DNA of 32,000 nucleotides from Aliivibrio fischeri ES114 (GCF_000011805.1 NC_006840.2); one strand, 5' to 3'. Shown: positions 1 to 11,101, numbered from the stretch's first letter. Notes: generated by a model from the sequence alone, not told the origin. A program made the numbers and translations.

Positions 1-944
1 TTGAAGACGAAGAGAAAGATCTAACTGAAGAAGATGCAGAGAAAGATTTTGCTCGCCTTCAGGATCAACCGATTAAACTTGCTATCATTGGCCGTCCAAA
101 CGTAGGTAAATCGACACTGACTAACCGTATTCTTGGTGAAGAACGTGTGGTGGTTTACGATATGCCTGGTACAACTCGTGACTCTATTTACATTCCTATG
201 GAACGTGAAGGTCAAGAATACGTATTAATTGATACTGCGGGTGTTCGTCGTCGTGGCCGTATTAACGAAACCGTAGAAAAATTCTCTGTAATCAAAACAT
301 TAAAAGCCGTTGAAGATGCAAACGTTGTTCTACTGGTGATTGATGCTCGTGAAAACATCTCAGATCAAGATTTAAGTCTACTTGGCTTTGCACTGAATGC
401 GGGTCGTTCATTAGTAATTGCTGTGAACAAGTGGGATGGTTTAGATAACGATGTGAAAGAAAAAGTAAAATCTGAACTTGATCGCCGTTTAGGTTTTGTT
501 GATTTTGCTCGTATTCACTTTATTTCTGCACTACACGGTACAGGTGTTGGTCACTTGTATGAATCGGTTCAAGAAGCATACGTTTCTGCGACTAAGCGTG
601 TTGGTACTTCTGTTTTAACTCGTATCATGAAAATGGCACAAGATGATCACCAACCACCATTGGTTCGTGGCCGTCGTGTGAAGCTAAAATACGCTCACGC
701 AGGTGGTTACAATCCACCGCTTATCGTTATTCACGGTAACCAAGTGAAAGAATTACCATCTTCATACAAACGTTTCTTAATGAACTACTACCGTAAGTCT
801 TTAGAAATTATGGGCACTCCAATTCGTATTCAATTCCAGAATAGCGAAAACCCATTTGAAGATCGTGGTGGCAAACTAACTATGTCGCAAGAGCGTCAAC
901 GCAAGCGTCTGTTAGGTGCAGTGAAAAACCGCAACAAGAAGTAA
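1..944 (+). CDS. der: GTPase Der (EngA), 3' portion truncated by window start
   Basis: Frame is open from base 3, beyond the track ORF start at 147. It reads ...[45 protein letters not shown]..., then NKWDG and a KH-like C-terminus ([13 protein letters not shown]), as in the second G domain and C-terminus of Der. Confidence 0.96.
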   Translation, partial: EDEEKDLTEEDAEKDFARLQDQPIKLAIIGRPNVGKSTLTNRILGEERVVVYDMPGTTRDSIYIPMEREGQEYVLIDTAGVRRRGRINETVEKFSVIKTLKAVEDANVVLLVIDARENISDQDLSLLGFALNAGRSLVIAVNKWDGLDNDVKEKVKSELDRRLGFVDFARIHFISALHGTGVGHLYESVQEAYVSATKRVGTSVLTRIMKMAQDDHQPPLVRGRRVKLKYAHAGGYNPPLIVIHGNQVKELPSSYKRFLMNYYRKSLEIMGTPIRIQFQNSENPFEDRGGKLTMSQERQRKRLLGAVKNRNKK

Positions 945-980
945 TCCAGAGTTACGTTCTTAAATGTATATTAAATAATA

Positions 981-1013
981 AAACGCCCATCTAGTTGTTG
1001 GGCGTTTTTTTTA
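981..1013 (+). terminator. Rho-independent terminator downstream of der
   Basis: AACGCCCA ... TGGGCGTT stem followed by a T tract. Confidence 0.85.
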
Positions 1014-1023
1014 GGTAAAAATC

Positions 1024-1899
1024 ATGACTCAATTAGCAGCAACTGAAATTTTATTTTGTCATAACACATGGCAATCAGACTCCACTGTGCAACTTATCAA
1101 AGAAACAGAGCAAGGAAAGTGGATTATTACTAAAGCGACGCCATTTCATCCTGTTAGCCATATTTGGCCAGATCACCCAGAAGATAAAGGTGTAATACTG
1201 ATTAATAACGAAGAATACTCAGTACTTGCTTGTCAAACTGGAGCTATAGAACTTGCTACAGGTGAGCTTTATATTGGAAAAGATATTCCAATTAAACGTG
1301 GCGAAGAGGGATGGGTCTTTGTTGTTTCGCATTTAATCTCTAAAGATGCGGATATAGCAGTAGAAAATACTGTTACTTTGCGTGTTGATGAGGAGTATCA
1401 AAAAGCATTAAGTCGTGGTCATAGTGCAGGGCATATTGCTTATTTAGCACTAAATAAAGTGCTTCATGCTAACTACTGGCGTAAAGATGCTGATAGAAAA
1501 GACGAATTAGGCCACTATAATTTTAATAGCTATGCGCAAGAAACTAGCTTTGTATCTGAAGATCATTGTGAAGATGTATATCGTTTAGGTAAAACATTAC
1601 GTAAGCGTGGTCTTAATAGCGCAGAGATGATGGCGGATCTTAAGACAATAGAAGAAGCAGTCAATCATCAAATTATTGAGTGGCTTGCCCTAGAAAGTCA
1701 AGTAACTATGCAATGTGATGGTAAAGCGTTAACCGATTCACGTTACTGGATAGTAGATTTTGGTATAGATGGAATAGCAAAACTTCCTTGTGGTGGTACG
1801 CATGTTAGTTCATTTAAAGAATACGCAACAATTATTGTCAAATTGGAAGAGAAAAGTGAGCAAGAGCTCCTTATGCTAACAACATCGATTAAAAAATAA
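1024..1899 (+). CDS. AlaX-like trans-editing / metal-dependent hydrolase (alanyl-tRNA synthetase second additional domain family)
   Basis: HSAGH (HxxxH) and CGGTH (CxxxH) zinc-site motifs in the right order; 291 aa, no catalytic AlaRS core visible. Confidence 0.75.
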   Translation: MTQLAATEILFCHNTWQSDSTVQLIKETEQGKWIITKATPFHPVSHIWPDHPEDKGVILINNEEYSVLACQTGAIELATGELYIGKDIPIKRGEEGWVFVVSHLISKDADIAVENTVTLRVDEEYQKALSRGHSAGHIAYLALNKVLHANYWRKDADRKDELGHYNFNSYAQETSFVSEDHCEDVYRLGKTLRKRGLNSAEMMADLKTIEEAVNHQIIEWLALESQVTMQCDGKALTDSRYWIVDFGIDGIAKLPCGGTHVSSFKEYATIIVKLEEKSEQELLMLTTSIKK

Positions 1900-2213
1900 T
1901 CTAAAAAATGGAAATTACATTCCATGTATATTTCATTCTGCATTTTGTGTAATTAGAGTATTTTTCACTGAAAATCATAAGCCAAAGAATGATTGATGTG
2001 CTGGATCTTCTGATATCAAACGTTAAATTTAGATTTTAATATGGTTTTAAATTGAAAAACAGCATATGTAACTAATGCTTTCGGGGTGTGGTTATATAAA
2101 TGTTCTTAAAGGGCATGATCGCTGATCAGATCCCTATAAGCATGAAGATCCACATCATTTGAATATACTGAATAAAGAGTATTATTGAATAAGAACGATT
2201 AAAGAAGGAATGA

Positions 2214-2450
2214 GTGATGCAAGAAAATCAATGTCCAAAATGCCAATCTGAATTACGTTGGCAGAAAGAGGGTTATCATTGTGACTTTTGTCAGATAGAT
2301 TTTAAGAAAGTGGCTTATTGCCCTGATTGCAACAAGGAAATGGAAAAGCTTAATGCTTGTGGCGCAGCAAGCTATTTTTGTCATGATTGCAATGAACTTA
2401 AGTCTAAATCACGAGCAAAAACGGAGTTTTCTGAAATTGCAATTAGTTAA
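2214..2450 (+). CDS. yfgJ: YfgJ-like double zinc-ribbon protein
   Basis: 78 aa with CPKCQ, CDFC, CPDC, CHDC pairs; located between der and xseA as in enterobacteria. Confidence 0.75.
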   Translation: MMQENQCPKCQSELRWQKEGYHCDFCQIDFKKVAYCPDCNKEMEKLNACGAASYFCHDCNELKSKSRAKTEFSEIAIS

Positions 2451-3792
2451 GTTCAGATGCTTTAGTTACCGTTGATGTAATATCACCATCAGCAAAACGA
2501 GTGGTAATGTTATCACCTAACTCCACTTGTTTTGTTGAAGTGATGATCTTCCCATCTTGATTGTGTGTGATGGAATAACCACGCATTAAGGTAGCTAAAG
2601 GGCTTACTGTATCTAGTTTCTCTGCTGCTAAAGCTAATTGATGACGTTGCATTAGTAGATTTCTATCCATTGAATCTAATAAGCGACGTTTGAGTTCTTC
2701 AATATGTAATTTATCTTGAGAGATTCTTTTTGTCGGAGATAAATTGTTTAATCGTAGCGTTAAGTTTTCAACTCTGTATTGCTGACGTTGAAGGCGCTGC
2801 TGAATATGATTCATCAATCTCTGATTAAGATCATCTAAGCGTTGGCTTTGATTATTTAGCTGCATCTGAGGGTGTTGCTTTTCAATTCGATGTTGATAAG
2901 CAGATAAGGAACGCTGTTGATGTGATAAATAACGTTCCATTGCACTATTTAAACGGCGCTTCTGATGAGCAACTGTTTGCAATTGCGCTGATAAATCACG
3001 ACTCACTAATTCAGCAGCAGCTGAAGGGGTCGGTGCACGAACATCAGCAACAAAGTCAGCAATAGTAACATCAATCTCATGCCCTACAGCACTTACAATT
3101 GGGATCTCACTTGCAGCAATGGTTCGTGCAACGATTTCTTCGTTAAAACACCAAAGATCTTCTAATGAACCGCCGCCTCGACCGACAATTAAAATATCAC
3201 ATTCATTACGACTGTTAGCTCGCCCAATAGCTTGAGCTATCTGTATAGCGGCACCACTTCCTTGAACCATGGTTGGATAAATCACAATTGGTAGGTTTGG
3301 ATCTCGTCGCTTTAATACATGGAGAATGTCAAAAAGGGCAGCCCCTGTTTGTGAAGTAATGATACCAACACGTTTTGGCTGTTCTGGTAAGGATTTTTTG
3401 GCTGTCTGAGCAAATAACCCTTCCGCAGCCAGTGACATTTTTAGTTGATCAAACTCTTGTTGAAGACGGCCATCTCCCTCAGGTTGCATACTTTCAATGA
3501 TAAGTTGATAGTCACCACGAGGTTCGTAAAGAGAGAGGCGGGCTTTAACAAGAACTTGTTTGCCGTTTTGTGGTTTAAAGTTAACTCGTCGGTTATTGCC
3601 TTTAAACATGGCACATTTCACTTGTGCTTGACTGTCTTTTAAAGTGAGGTACCAGTGGCCAGAAACAGGCACGGTAAGATTGGAGATTTCGCCGACTAAC
3701 CAGACAATTCCCATCTCGTTCTCTAATAATAGGCGAACTTCAGCATTCAATCGAGAGACAGTAAAGATACGAGGATTAGAATCGAGAGACAT
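2443..3792 (-). CDS. xseA: Exodeoxyribonuclease VII large subunit
   Basis: 449 aa; [30 protein letters not shown]...[40 protein letters not shown]; divergent from guaB. Confidence 0.97.
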   Translation of the reverse strand: MSLDSNPRIFTVSRLNAEVRLLLENEMGIVWLVGEISNLTVPVSGHWYLTLKDSQAQVKCAMFKGNNRRVNFKPQNGKQVLVKARLSLYEPRGDYQLIIESMQPEGDGRLQQEFDQLKMSLAAEGLFAQTAKKSLPEQPKRVGIITSQTGAALFDILHVLKRRDPNLPIVIYPTMVQGSGAAIQIAQAIGRANSRNECDILIVGRGGGSLEDLWCFNEEIVARTIAASEIPIVSAVGHEIDVTIADFVADVRAPTPSAAAELVSRDLSAQLQTVAHQKRRLNSAMERYLSHQQRSLSAYQHRIEKQHPQMQLNNQSQRLDDLNQRLMNHIQQRLQRQQYRVENLTLRLNNLSPTKRISQDKLHIEELKRRLLDSMDRNLLMQRHQLALAAEKLDTVSPLATLMRGYSITHNQDGKIITSTKQVELGDNITTRFADGDITSTVTKASELN

Positions 3793-3880
3793 CAGAATGC
3801 CTTAGACATGGCTATAGGAATTAGCGGCAATATAATACATATCAAGGGGGTAATTGCAAATTAAAAATAAATAAATGTGT

Positions 3881-3896
3881 AGCCAAGCGTTTGCGC
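3881..3896. promoter_or_regulatory. Candidate PurR box in guaB promoter
   Basis: AGCCAAGCGTTTGCGC matches the E. coli PurR consensus ACGCAAACGTTTGCGT at 12 of 16 positions by eye; overlaps a promoter with TATAAT at 3903-3908. Confidence 0.6.
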
Positions 3897-3902
3897 TATG
3901 CG

Positions 3903-3908
3903 TATAAT
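3903..3908 (+). promoter_or_regulatory. Candidate -10 box of guaB promoter
   Basis: TATAAT immediately 3' of the candidate PurR box. Confidence 0.55.
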
Positions 3909-4000
3909 CCGTCTGCAATATCAAATCCAAAACACTTTATTATGCGAAACGATAAAGTGGGATTTATTCCTTTAAACACCTTTGTTGTGAGATATTGCAA

Positions 4001-5464
4001 ATGCTACGAATCGCAAAAGAAGCTCTAACCTTCGATGACGTTTTACTCGTCCCAGCACACTCAACAGTTCTTCCTAACACTGCTGATCTTCGCACTCAGT
4101 TAACCAAGAACATTTCTCTGAATATTCCAATGATCTCAGCATCTATGGATACGGTAACAGAAGCGCGCCTTGCTATTGCATTAGCGCAAGAGGGTGGCAT
4201 CGGTTTTATCCACAAAAACATGTCTATTGAGCAGCAAGCTGAAGAAGTTCGCCTAGTTAAAATTTTTGAAGCTGGTGTTGTTTCTGCTCCTGTCACTGTT
4301 CGTCCAGACGCAACGATTCAAGATGTTAAAGAACTAACAGAGAAACACGGCTTTGCTGGCTTCCCTGTAGTTACTGAAACTAATGAACTTGTAGGTATTA
4401 TCACAGGTCGTGATGTTCGCTTTGTAACTGATTTATCTAAGAAAGTTGACGTTGTAATGACGCCGAAATCACGTTTGGCTTCTGTTAAAGAAGGTGCAAC
4501 TCGTGAAGAAGTTCAAGAGAAAATGCACGAAGCTCGTGTTGAGAAAGTACTAGTAGTGAACGATGAGTTCCAACTAACCGGTATGATCACGGCAAAAGAT
4601 TTCCATAAAGCAGAACGTAAACCAAATGCATGTAAAGACGAGCGTGGTCGTCTACGTGTAGGTGCTGCAGTAGGTGCAGGTGCAGGTAACGAAGAACGTG
4701 TTAAAGCATTAGTTGAAGCTGGTGTGGATGTTCTACTAATCGACTCTTCACACGGTCACTCTGAAGGTGTTTTAAACCGTATCCGTGAAACACGTGCTGC
4801 ATACCCAGATTTAGATATTATCGGTGGTAATGTTGCAACAGCAGCTGGTGCAAAAGCACTAATCGAAGCTGGTGTAAGCGCAGTTAAAGTGGGTATCGGC
4901 CCAGGTTCAATCTGTACAACTCGTATCGTAACAGGTGTTGGTGTTCCTCAAGTAACAGCTATTGCAGATGCAGCATCAGCAGCGGCTGAATACGGTATTC
5001 CAGTAATCGCTGATGGCGGTATCCGTTTCTCTGGTGACATCTGTAAAGCAATCGTAGCTGGCGCATCATGTGTGATGGTTGGTTCAATGTTTGCTGGTAC
5101 AGAAGAAGCACCAGGCGAAGTGATTCTTTACCAAGGTCGTTCATACAAAGCATACCGTGGTATGGGTTCTTTAGGTGCAATGTCTCAAGGGTCTTCAGAC
5201 CGTTACTTCCAATCAGATAACGCAGCAGATAAATTGGTACCAGAAGGTATCGAAGGTCGTATCGCATATAAAGGTCGTCTAAAAGAGATCGTTCACCAAC
5301 AAATGGGTGGCTTACGTTCAAGCATGGGCCTAACAGGTTCAGCAACAATTGAAGACATGCGTACTAAAGCTGAATTTGTTCGTATTTCAGGCGCAGGGAT
5401 GAAAGAGTCTCACGTACATGATGTTCAAATCACGAAAGAAGCACCAAACTATCGCCTAGGCTAA
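4001..5464 (+). CDS. guaB: Inosine-5'-monophosphate dehydrogenase
   Basis: [30 protein letters not shown]...; catalytic loop [16 protein letters not shown] domains. Start placed at ATG 4001 rather than the track TTG at 3995. Confidence 0.98.
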   Translation: MLRIAKEALTFDDVLLVPAHSTVLPNTADLRTQLTKNISLNIPMISASMDTVTEARLAIALAQEGGIGFIHKNMSIEQQAEEVRLVKIFEAGVVSAPVTVRPDATIQDVKELTEKHGFAGFPVVTETNELVGIITGRDVRFVTDLSKKVDVVMTPKSRLASVKEGATREEVQEKMHEARVEKVLVVNDEFQLTGMITAKDFHKAERKPNACKDERGRLRVGAAVGAGAGNEERVKALVEAGVDVLLIDSSHGHSEGVLNRIRETRAAYPDLDIIGGNVATAAGAKALIEAGVSAVKVGIGPGSICTTRIVTGVGVPQVTAIADAASAAAEYGIPVIADGGIRFSGDICKAIVAGASCVMVGSMFAGTEEAPGEVILYQGRSYKAYRGMGSLGAMSQGSSDRYFQSDNAADKLVPEGIEGRIAYKGRLKEIVHQQMGGLRSSMGLTGSATIEDMRTKAEFVRISGAGMKESHVHDVQITKEAPNYRLG

Positions 5465-5665
5465 TTTTTCTTAATTTTCTTTGCAGAATCTTCCGATTTC
5501 GTTGTCAAAGGTACTCATTTACACTTGTAAACTCCGTGCCTTTTCCTAGAATTCGAATGATTCTGCTTTGAAATATAAAGAAAAAATACTTTGTACTAAA
5601 TTCAATTTTAAGCGTGTGGTTTATATGAAAGCCACACTAAATAAATGATTTTTTGAGAAAGACTA

Positions 5666-7219
5666 ATGACGACTAATATCCACGATCAACGTATTCTTAT
5701 TTTAGATTTTGGTTCTCAATATACGCAGCTTGTTGCGCGTCGTATTCGTGAAATCGGTGTTTACTGTGAGCTTTGGAGCTGGGATGTAGAAGAATCTGAC
5801 ATCCGTGATTTTAATCCAGACGGTATCATTTTATCTGGTGGCCCTGAGAGTGTTACAGAAGAAAACTCTCCTCGTGCACCACAATATGTATTTGATTCAG
5901 GTGTTCCTGTATTTGGTGTGTGTTACGGCATGCAGACAATGGCAGAGCAACTGGGTGGTAAAGTAGCAACATCAACTGAGCGTGAGTTTGGTTATGCAGC
6001 GGTACAAGTAACTGGTGAATCAGCGTTATTTAAAGATCTTGAAGCAACTCAAGATGTTTGGATGAGTCACGGTGATAAAGTTGTTGAAATCCCATCTGAT
6101 TTCGTAAAAATTGCAGAGACAGAAACCTGTCCATATGCTGCAATGGCGAACGAAGAGAAGAAATACTACGGTGTTCAATTCCACCCAGAAGTAACTCACA
6201 CTAAAAATGGCATGAAAATGCTTGAGAACTTTGTTCTTAATGTGTGTGGTTGTGAAGGTTTATGGACATCAGCTTCTATTATCGAAGATGCCGTTGCTCG
6301 TATTAAAGAGCAAGTGGGTGATGATGAAGTGATTCTTGGTTTATCTGGTGGCGTTGACTCATCAGTAGTTGCAATGCTTGCTCACCGTGCAATTGGTGAC
6401 AAACTAACGTGTGTATTCGTTGATAACGGTTTATTACGTTTAAATGAAGCTGATCAGGTAATGGAAATGTTTGGCAATAAATTTGGCCTAAACATTGTAC
6501 ATGTGAATGCTGAACAGCGTTTCCTTGATGCACTAGAAGGTGAATCAGATCCTGAAACAAAACGTAAGATCATTGGTCACGTATTCGTAGATATCTTTGA
6601 TGAAGAATCGAAGAAACTGAAAAATGCTAAATGGTTAGCGCAAGGTACTATTTACCCTGATGTTATTGAATCAGCTGCATCTAAAACAGGTAAAGCTCAC
6701 GTAATTAAATCACACCATAACGTTGGCGGCTTGCCAGATGATATGGAAATGGGTCTTGTTGAGCCTCTACGTGAATTATTTAAAGATGAAGTTCGTAAGA
6801 TCGGTCTAGAACTAGGCTTACCTTATAACATGCTTTACCGCCACCCATTCCCGGGTCCAGGTTTAGGTGTTCGTGTTCTTGGTGAAATTAAGAAAGAGTA
6901 CTGTGATTTACTTCGCCGTGCAGATGCTATTTTCATTGAAGAATTACACAATGCAGATCTTTACAATAAAGTATCTCAAGCATTCACTGTATTCTTACCA
7001 GTTCGTTCTGTTGGTGTAATGGGTGACGGTCGTAAGTACGATTGGGTTGTTTCTCTACGTGCTGTTGAGACTATCGACTTTATGACTGCGCATTGGGCAC
7101 ATTTACCATACGATTTCTTAGGTAAAGTATCTAACCGTATTATTAATGAAGTTAATGGCATTTCTCGTGTAGTTTACGATATTTCAGGTAAGCCACCAGC
7201 AACAATTGAGTGGGAATAA
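5666..7219 (+). CDS. guaA: GMP synthase (glutamine-hydrolysing)
   Basis: 517 aa; class I GATase GVCYGMQ, PP-loop [10 protein letters not shown]-terminal [24 protein letters not shown]...[10 protein letters not shown]. Confidence 0.98.
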   Translation: MTTNIHDQRILILDFGSQYTQLVARRIREIGVYCELWSWDVEESDIRDFNPDGIILSGGPESVTEENSPRAPQYVFDSGVPVFGVCYGMQTMAEQLGGKVATSTEREFGYAAVQVTGESALFKDLEATQDVWMSHGDKVVEIPSDFVKIAETETCPYAAMANEEKKYYGVQFHPEVTHTKNGMKMLENFVLNVCGCEGLWTSASIIEDAVARIKEQVGDDEVILGLSGGVDSSVVAMLAHRAIGDKLTCVFVDNGLLRLNEADQVMEMFGNKFGLNIVHVNAEQRFLDALEGESDPETKRKIIGHVFVDIFDEESKKLKNAKWLAQGTIYPDVIESAASKTGKAHVIKSHHNVGGLPDDMEMGLVEPLRELFKDEVRKIGLELGLPYNMLYRHPFPGPGLGVRVLGEIKKEYCDLLRRADAIFIEELHNADLYNKVSQAFTVFLPVRSVGVMGDGRKYDWVVSLRAVETIDFMTAHWAHLPYDFLGKVSNRIINEVNGISRVVYDISGKPPATIEWE

Positions 7220-7253
7220 TTCTTAATAATTGTTGATATGAATTTTGTTTATT

Positions 7254-7277
7254 AAAGCGCCGAAAGGCGCTTTTTTT
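7254..7277 (+). terminator. Rho-independent terminator downstream of guaA
   Basis: AAAGCGC CGAAAG GCGCTTT followed by T tract. Confidence 0.85.
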
Positions 7278-7494
7278 GTTTCCATTGTAATGTAAATATT
7301 AACGTTGTTAGATAGATGTTTCATTGAAACATTAATTTACAAATTAAACATTTGTATAGCGCTGAAAATGCAATGTATTAAGCTTTTCTTGGCAATATCT
7401 GGTTTACACTGATTTAGCAAAGGAATAGATAAAGAATAAAAAAAATCAAATCTCTTTATCTTTAAATACAACATTACAGAAAATGGAGTTACGA

Positions 7495-9054
7495 ATGAGT
7501 AACCAAGTAGCAGAGAAAACACCTAAGCTTAGCGGCATGGATCGTTTTCTGAATACAATTGAACGAGTAGGTAACAAGATACCAGATCCTGCACTACTGT
7601 TTTTCTGGGGCCTTTTAATTGTTTGGGGTCTTTCAGCGCTATTATCACAAGTACAATTTGACTTAATTCACCCAGTAACCCAAGACGCGGTTCAAGTGAA
7701 AAACCTTTTAACTGGTGATTCTCTAGCAAACTTTTTAGCAACAATGGTAACGAACTTCACGGGCTTTGCTCCTTTAGGTATCGTATTAGTTGCTATGTTA
7801 GGTGTAGGTGTTGCAGATACTTCTGGCTTTATTCAAACAGGCCTAAAGAAAATGCTTAACTTTACGCCAGCTAAACTATTAACACCTATGCTTATTCTTG
7901 TTGCTATCGTTTCGCATACAGCAGCAGATGCGGGTTACGTTTTAGTTATTCCTCTAGGTGGTATTATTTTCCACGCAGCAGGCCGTCATCCACTAGCTGG
8001 TATCGCAGCAGCATTTGCTGGTGTATCTGGTGGTTTCTCTGCAAACTTTATCCCATCAGGTATTGATCCATTACTAGCTGGCTTTACTCAAACAGCCGCT
8101 CAAGTACTAGATACTTCTTATATTGTTAACCCATTAGCAAATATTTACTTTACTGGTCTTTCTTCAATTCTAATTGTTGTGATCGGTTGGTATGTAACAG
8201 ATAAGATTATCGAACCTCGTTTAGCAAATACACCAGTAGACGAAGATGCTGAAGAAGCACCTGATCTAGGTTCATTTACTGAGATTGAATCTAAAGCATT
8301 CAAATTTGCTGGTTGGGCGATGGTTGCAGGTATTGCATTATTAATTGCTTTAATCTACCCAGAAAATTCAGCACTTCGTTCTCCTGATGGTGAAATTACG
8401 TCATTCTCAGCACCATTAATGAAGTCAATTGTTCCACTTATCTTCATTCTATTTATTATTCCTGGCATTGTTTATGGGCGTGTTTCAGGAACATTTAAAA
8501 GCAGTAATGATGTAATTAAAGCAATGTCACAAACGATGGGTACAATGGGTGCATACATGGTTATGTCATTCTTCTGTGCGCAATTCTTAGTAGCATTCAG
8601 TCAATCAAATATCGGTACAATTTTAGCAATGTACGGTGCTGATTTCTTAAAAGCGATGGACCTACCTGGTCAAATGACCATTATTGGTATGATTTTGCTA
8701 ACGGCAATGGTTAACTTATTGATTGGTTCAGCATCAGCTAAATGGGCTCTAATTGGCCCTGTATTAGTACCTATGTTAATGGGTGTTGGTATTTCACCAG
8801 AACTTTCTCAAGCGGCTTACCGTGTTGGTGATTCAGTTTCGAATATCATCTCTCCTTTAATGGTATTTTTCCCATTAGTAGTGGTTTACTGCCAACGTTA
8901 CGTTAAGTCTACGGGTATCGGTACTCTTGCTTCTCTAATGATGCCATTCTCTATTGCTATGTTAGTTGGTTGGACAGTATTCCTACTTGCATACTGGGCT
9001 CTAGGCATTCCACTAGGTATCCAAGCGCCATACACATATAACCTTCCAGGTTAA
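7495..9054 (+). CDS. abgT: AbgT-family transporter (p-aminobenzoyl-glutamate transporter-like)
   Basis: About 519 aa multi-TM protein with AbgT-family patterns (DRFLNTIERVGNKIPDPALLFF, SHTAADAGYV, GGFSANFIPSGIDPLLAGFTQ). GGAG at 7485-7488 favours ATG 7495 over the track start at 7483. Confidence 0.9.
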   Translation: MSNQVAEKTPKLSGMDRFLNTIERVGNKIPDPALLFFWGLLIVWGLSALLSQVQFDLIHPVTQDAVQVKNLLTGDSLANFLATMVTNFTGFAPLGIVLVAMLGVGVADTSGFIQTGLKKMLNFTPAKLLTPMLILVAIVSHTAADAGYVLVIPLGGIIFHAAGRHPLAGIAAAFAGVSGGFSANFIPSGIDPLLAGFTQTAAQVLDTSYIVNPLANIYFTGLSSILIVVIGWYVTDKIIEPRLANTPVDEDAEEAPDLGSFTEIESKAFKFAGWAMVAGIALLIALIYPENSALRSPDGEITSFSAPLMKSIVPLIFILFIIPGIVYGRVSGTFKSSNDVIKAMSQTMGTMGAYMVMSFFCAQFLVAFSQSNIGTILAMYGADFLKAMDLPGQMTIIGMILLTAMVNLLIGSASAKWALIGPVLVPMLMGVGISPELSQAAYRVGDSVSNIISPLMVFFPLVVVYCQRYVKSTGIGTLASLMMPFSIAMLVGWTVFLLAYWALGIPLGIQAPYTYNLPG

Positions 9055-9071
9055 TTTGTATTAGTAAAAAT

Positions 9072-9108
9072 AAAGCCCTGAGAATGTTGAGTTCTCAGGG
9101 CTTTTTTT
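9072..9108. terminator. Bidirectional terminator between the convergent AbgT-family gene and the YheO-like regulator
   Basis: AAAGCCCTGAGAA ... TTCTCAGGGCTTT, long perfect stem with T tract. Confidence 0.88.
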
Positions 9109-9128
9109 ATGAGAGTAAAGAAAGGGGA

Positions 9129-9764
9129 TTACTTGAACTTTCTTAGGTATCGATAAACAGAATCTTTAGATACATTAAGAATATTAGCCGTTATCTGAAT
9201 CGCATCTTTAATATTAAAAGCCCCTTGGTGATGTAAGCGCTCAACGATCGTTCTTACTCGGCGTGAAACGGCAATGGTTTCATCTTCAAATACATCATGT
9301 TGTATTTTTGCTATTGAATCAGTAAGCATTTCAATACTGTCTTTGGCAAACGTTTCTGGTGAGGCGGTGAGTTGATTTGTTTGAGGAAACAGGTCCATAA
9401 AGAAATTGTTCATAGGAACATCAAGATTCGAATTAATGCAAAGTAAGGCAATTGGGGTGCCATCTTCATTTCTAATTATCGATGTGACAGAGCGTAGCAA
9501 TTCCCCTTTTTCAGTACGAGTAAAATAAGGGGTAGAGACATCAGAATCTGTTTTTAATTTCTCTAGTGCTAGGTTCGTGATAGGCGCACCGATGCCTCGG
9601 CCTGTTACATGCCCATTAGCTATTTTAATAATGGATGGGTTATCCGAGTCTAAAGAGTGCAATACCACTTCTACATGTTTACCAAACATTGCAGCAATGC
9701 CATCAACAATACTGTAAGTTGATTTGAGTATGAGTTTATCGGCTGTAGTCAGTTTATGTAGCAT
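9129..9764 (-). CDS. YheO/DauR-family transcriptional regulator (PAS-like domain + C-terminal HTH)
   Basis: FGKHVEVVLHSLDSDNPSIIKIANGHVTGRGIGAPIT is typical of the YheO-like domain; C-terminal FNIKDAIQITANILNVSKDSVYRYLRK helix-turn-helix. Confidence 0.85.
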   Translation of the reverse strand: MLHKLTTADKLILKSTYSIVDGIAAMFGKHVEVVLHSLDSDNPSIIKIANGHVTGRGIGAPITNLALEKLKTDSDVSTPYFTRTEKGELLRSVTSIIRNEDGTPIALLCINSNLDVPMNNFFMDLFPQTNQLTASPETFAKDSIEMLTDSIAKIQHDVFEDETIAVSRRVRTIVERLHHQGAFNIKDAIQITANILNVSKDSVYRYLRKFK

Positions 9765-9823
9765 ATATGTTCTTTATGTTGGTGAAATGAGATGTCACTT
9801 AACGGGTAAGTGACATCTTTTCA

Positions 9824-11101
9824 TTATGACGCCATTATTTCAATGATTTCATGATCAATATTAGGCATACCTGTTGTGATCATTCTGCCAATGTTTTTAA
9901 TTGTCTTTTCAACATCATCAGCAATCACACCTTGCTTCGTTACACAATGATCATTTAGTGCTAATAGAGCAGATTTCATTGCTGATTGAGCGCTACTTCC
10001 CACTTTCATCGCACACGTTGATTTTGCACCGTCACAAATCATACCGCTGGTATCACTGATGGTATTTTGAATGGCTGAGCAAGATTGTTCAAACGTGCCA
10101 CCAGCTAGATATACCATCGCCATTGATGCTGCTGCAGAAGTAACAGCATTACCACAAAAAGCAGAAAGTGGTGGGTAGTGAGATTTAATATAAATGGCAC
10201 CAAGATGACTCATGATAAAAGCTCGAGCTAATTTTTCATCATCAGCATTAAAAAAGTCAGCCATTTTTACTACTGGAATAGTTGCTGCAATACCTTGGTT
10301 ACCACTGCCATAATTCGACATGGCTGGTAGTGTCGCCCCTCCCATACGAGCGTCAGATGCTGCAGAAGTATAGATCAAAATGTCACTATCTAGACTTTTA
10401 GCAAGTAATCCTTTTTCAATGTTCTTTTGATAGGTTCGGCCGACTTCTAAACCGTAAGGGTTATTTAAACCTTCTTGAGCGAGAGCGATATTTAACTCTT
10501 TTGCCTCTAAAATAAATTTAATGTCGTCAAACTCTGCTTGGGTAGCAAAGTCATAAATTGATGAGATAGTGATATCAACGCCATCACAAATTGACGCTGT
10601 AGATGTTTTTGGTAAAGAGGAATCCAGCGTGAAAATGACGTTATCATCAAGACGTTTTTCAATAATTAGAGTGTGACCACCGCTAATCGTAACTTCAGCA
10701 TTATGAACCGCATTTTTAGCAATAACTCGACAATAAATAAACTCGTCAGTGGTTTCTCTTTGAACGACTACACAGCCATTATCAATGAGCTTTTGTGCTT
10801 CATCTACTTCTTCTTCAGTTATCTTTGCTAATACTTCTAAGCCTGCATCAGGATTACCACCTATTGCCCCAGTTGCCGCTGCAATAGCAAGGCCAACTCT
10901 ACCTGTTCTTGGTACAAAAACACCCATGCTATTTTTGTATAAGTTATCAGAAACAAAAACGTCTATTGTTTCTGGTTTAGAACCAAGCATTTGTGTAGCC
11001 ACGCTTGCAGCATAAGCGGCACAAATTGGTTCAGTACAACCAAGAGCTGGTTTTACAACACCTTGTAAAATATCAATGTACTGTTTCCAGATAGAGTTCA
11101 T
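9824..11101 (-). CDS. cyuA: CyuA/YhaM-like L-cysteine desulfidase / L-serine dehydratase alpha-related (UPF0597) protein
   Basis: [38 protein letters not shown] with a C-x6-C spacing consistent with the Fe-S cluster ligands of L-cysteine desulfidase. ATG at 11101 is preceded by AAGGTG; the track starts at GTG 11110. Confidence 0.85.
   Translation of the reverse strand: MNSIWKQYIDILQGVVKPALGCTEPICAAYAASVATQMLGSKPETIDVFVSDNLYKNSMGVFVPRTGRVGLAIAAATGAIGGNPDAGLEVLAKITEEEVDEAQKLIDNGCVVVQRETTDEFIYCRVIAKNAVHNAEVTISGGHTLIIEKRLDDNVIFTLDSSLPKTSTASICDGVDITISSIYDFATQAEFDDIKFILEAKELNIALAQEGLNNPYGLEVGRTYQKNIEKGLLAKSLDSDILIYTSAASDARMGGATLPAMSNYGSGNQGIAATIPVVKMADFFNADDEKLARAFIMSHLGAIYIKSHYPPLSAFCGNAVTSAAASMAMVYLAGGTFEQSCSAIQNTISDTSGMICDGAKSTCAMKVGSSAQSAMKSALLALNDHCVTKQGVIADDVEKTIKNIGRMITTGMPNIDHEIIEIMAS

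Noticed and set aside
1908-1930. ATGGAA-ATTACA-TTCCAT inverted repeat downstream of the AlaX-like gene
   Set aside because: Only 6-bp AT-rich arms without a clear T tract; could be a weak terminator but not distinguishable from chance.
4096-5348. Antisense ORFs in guaB, and similarly 6303..6560 and 6976..7161 in guaA
   Set aside because: Fully embedded opposite conserved CDSs, no homology recognised.
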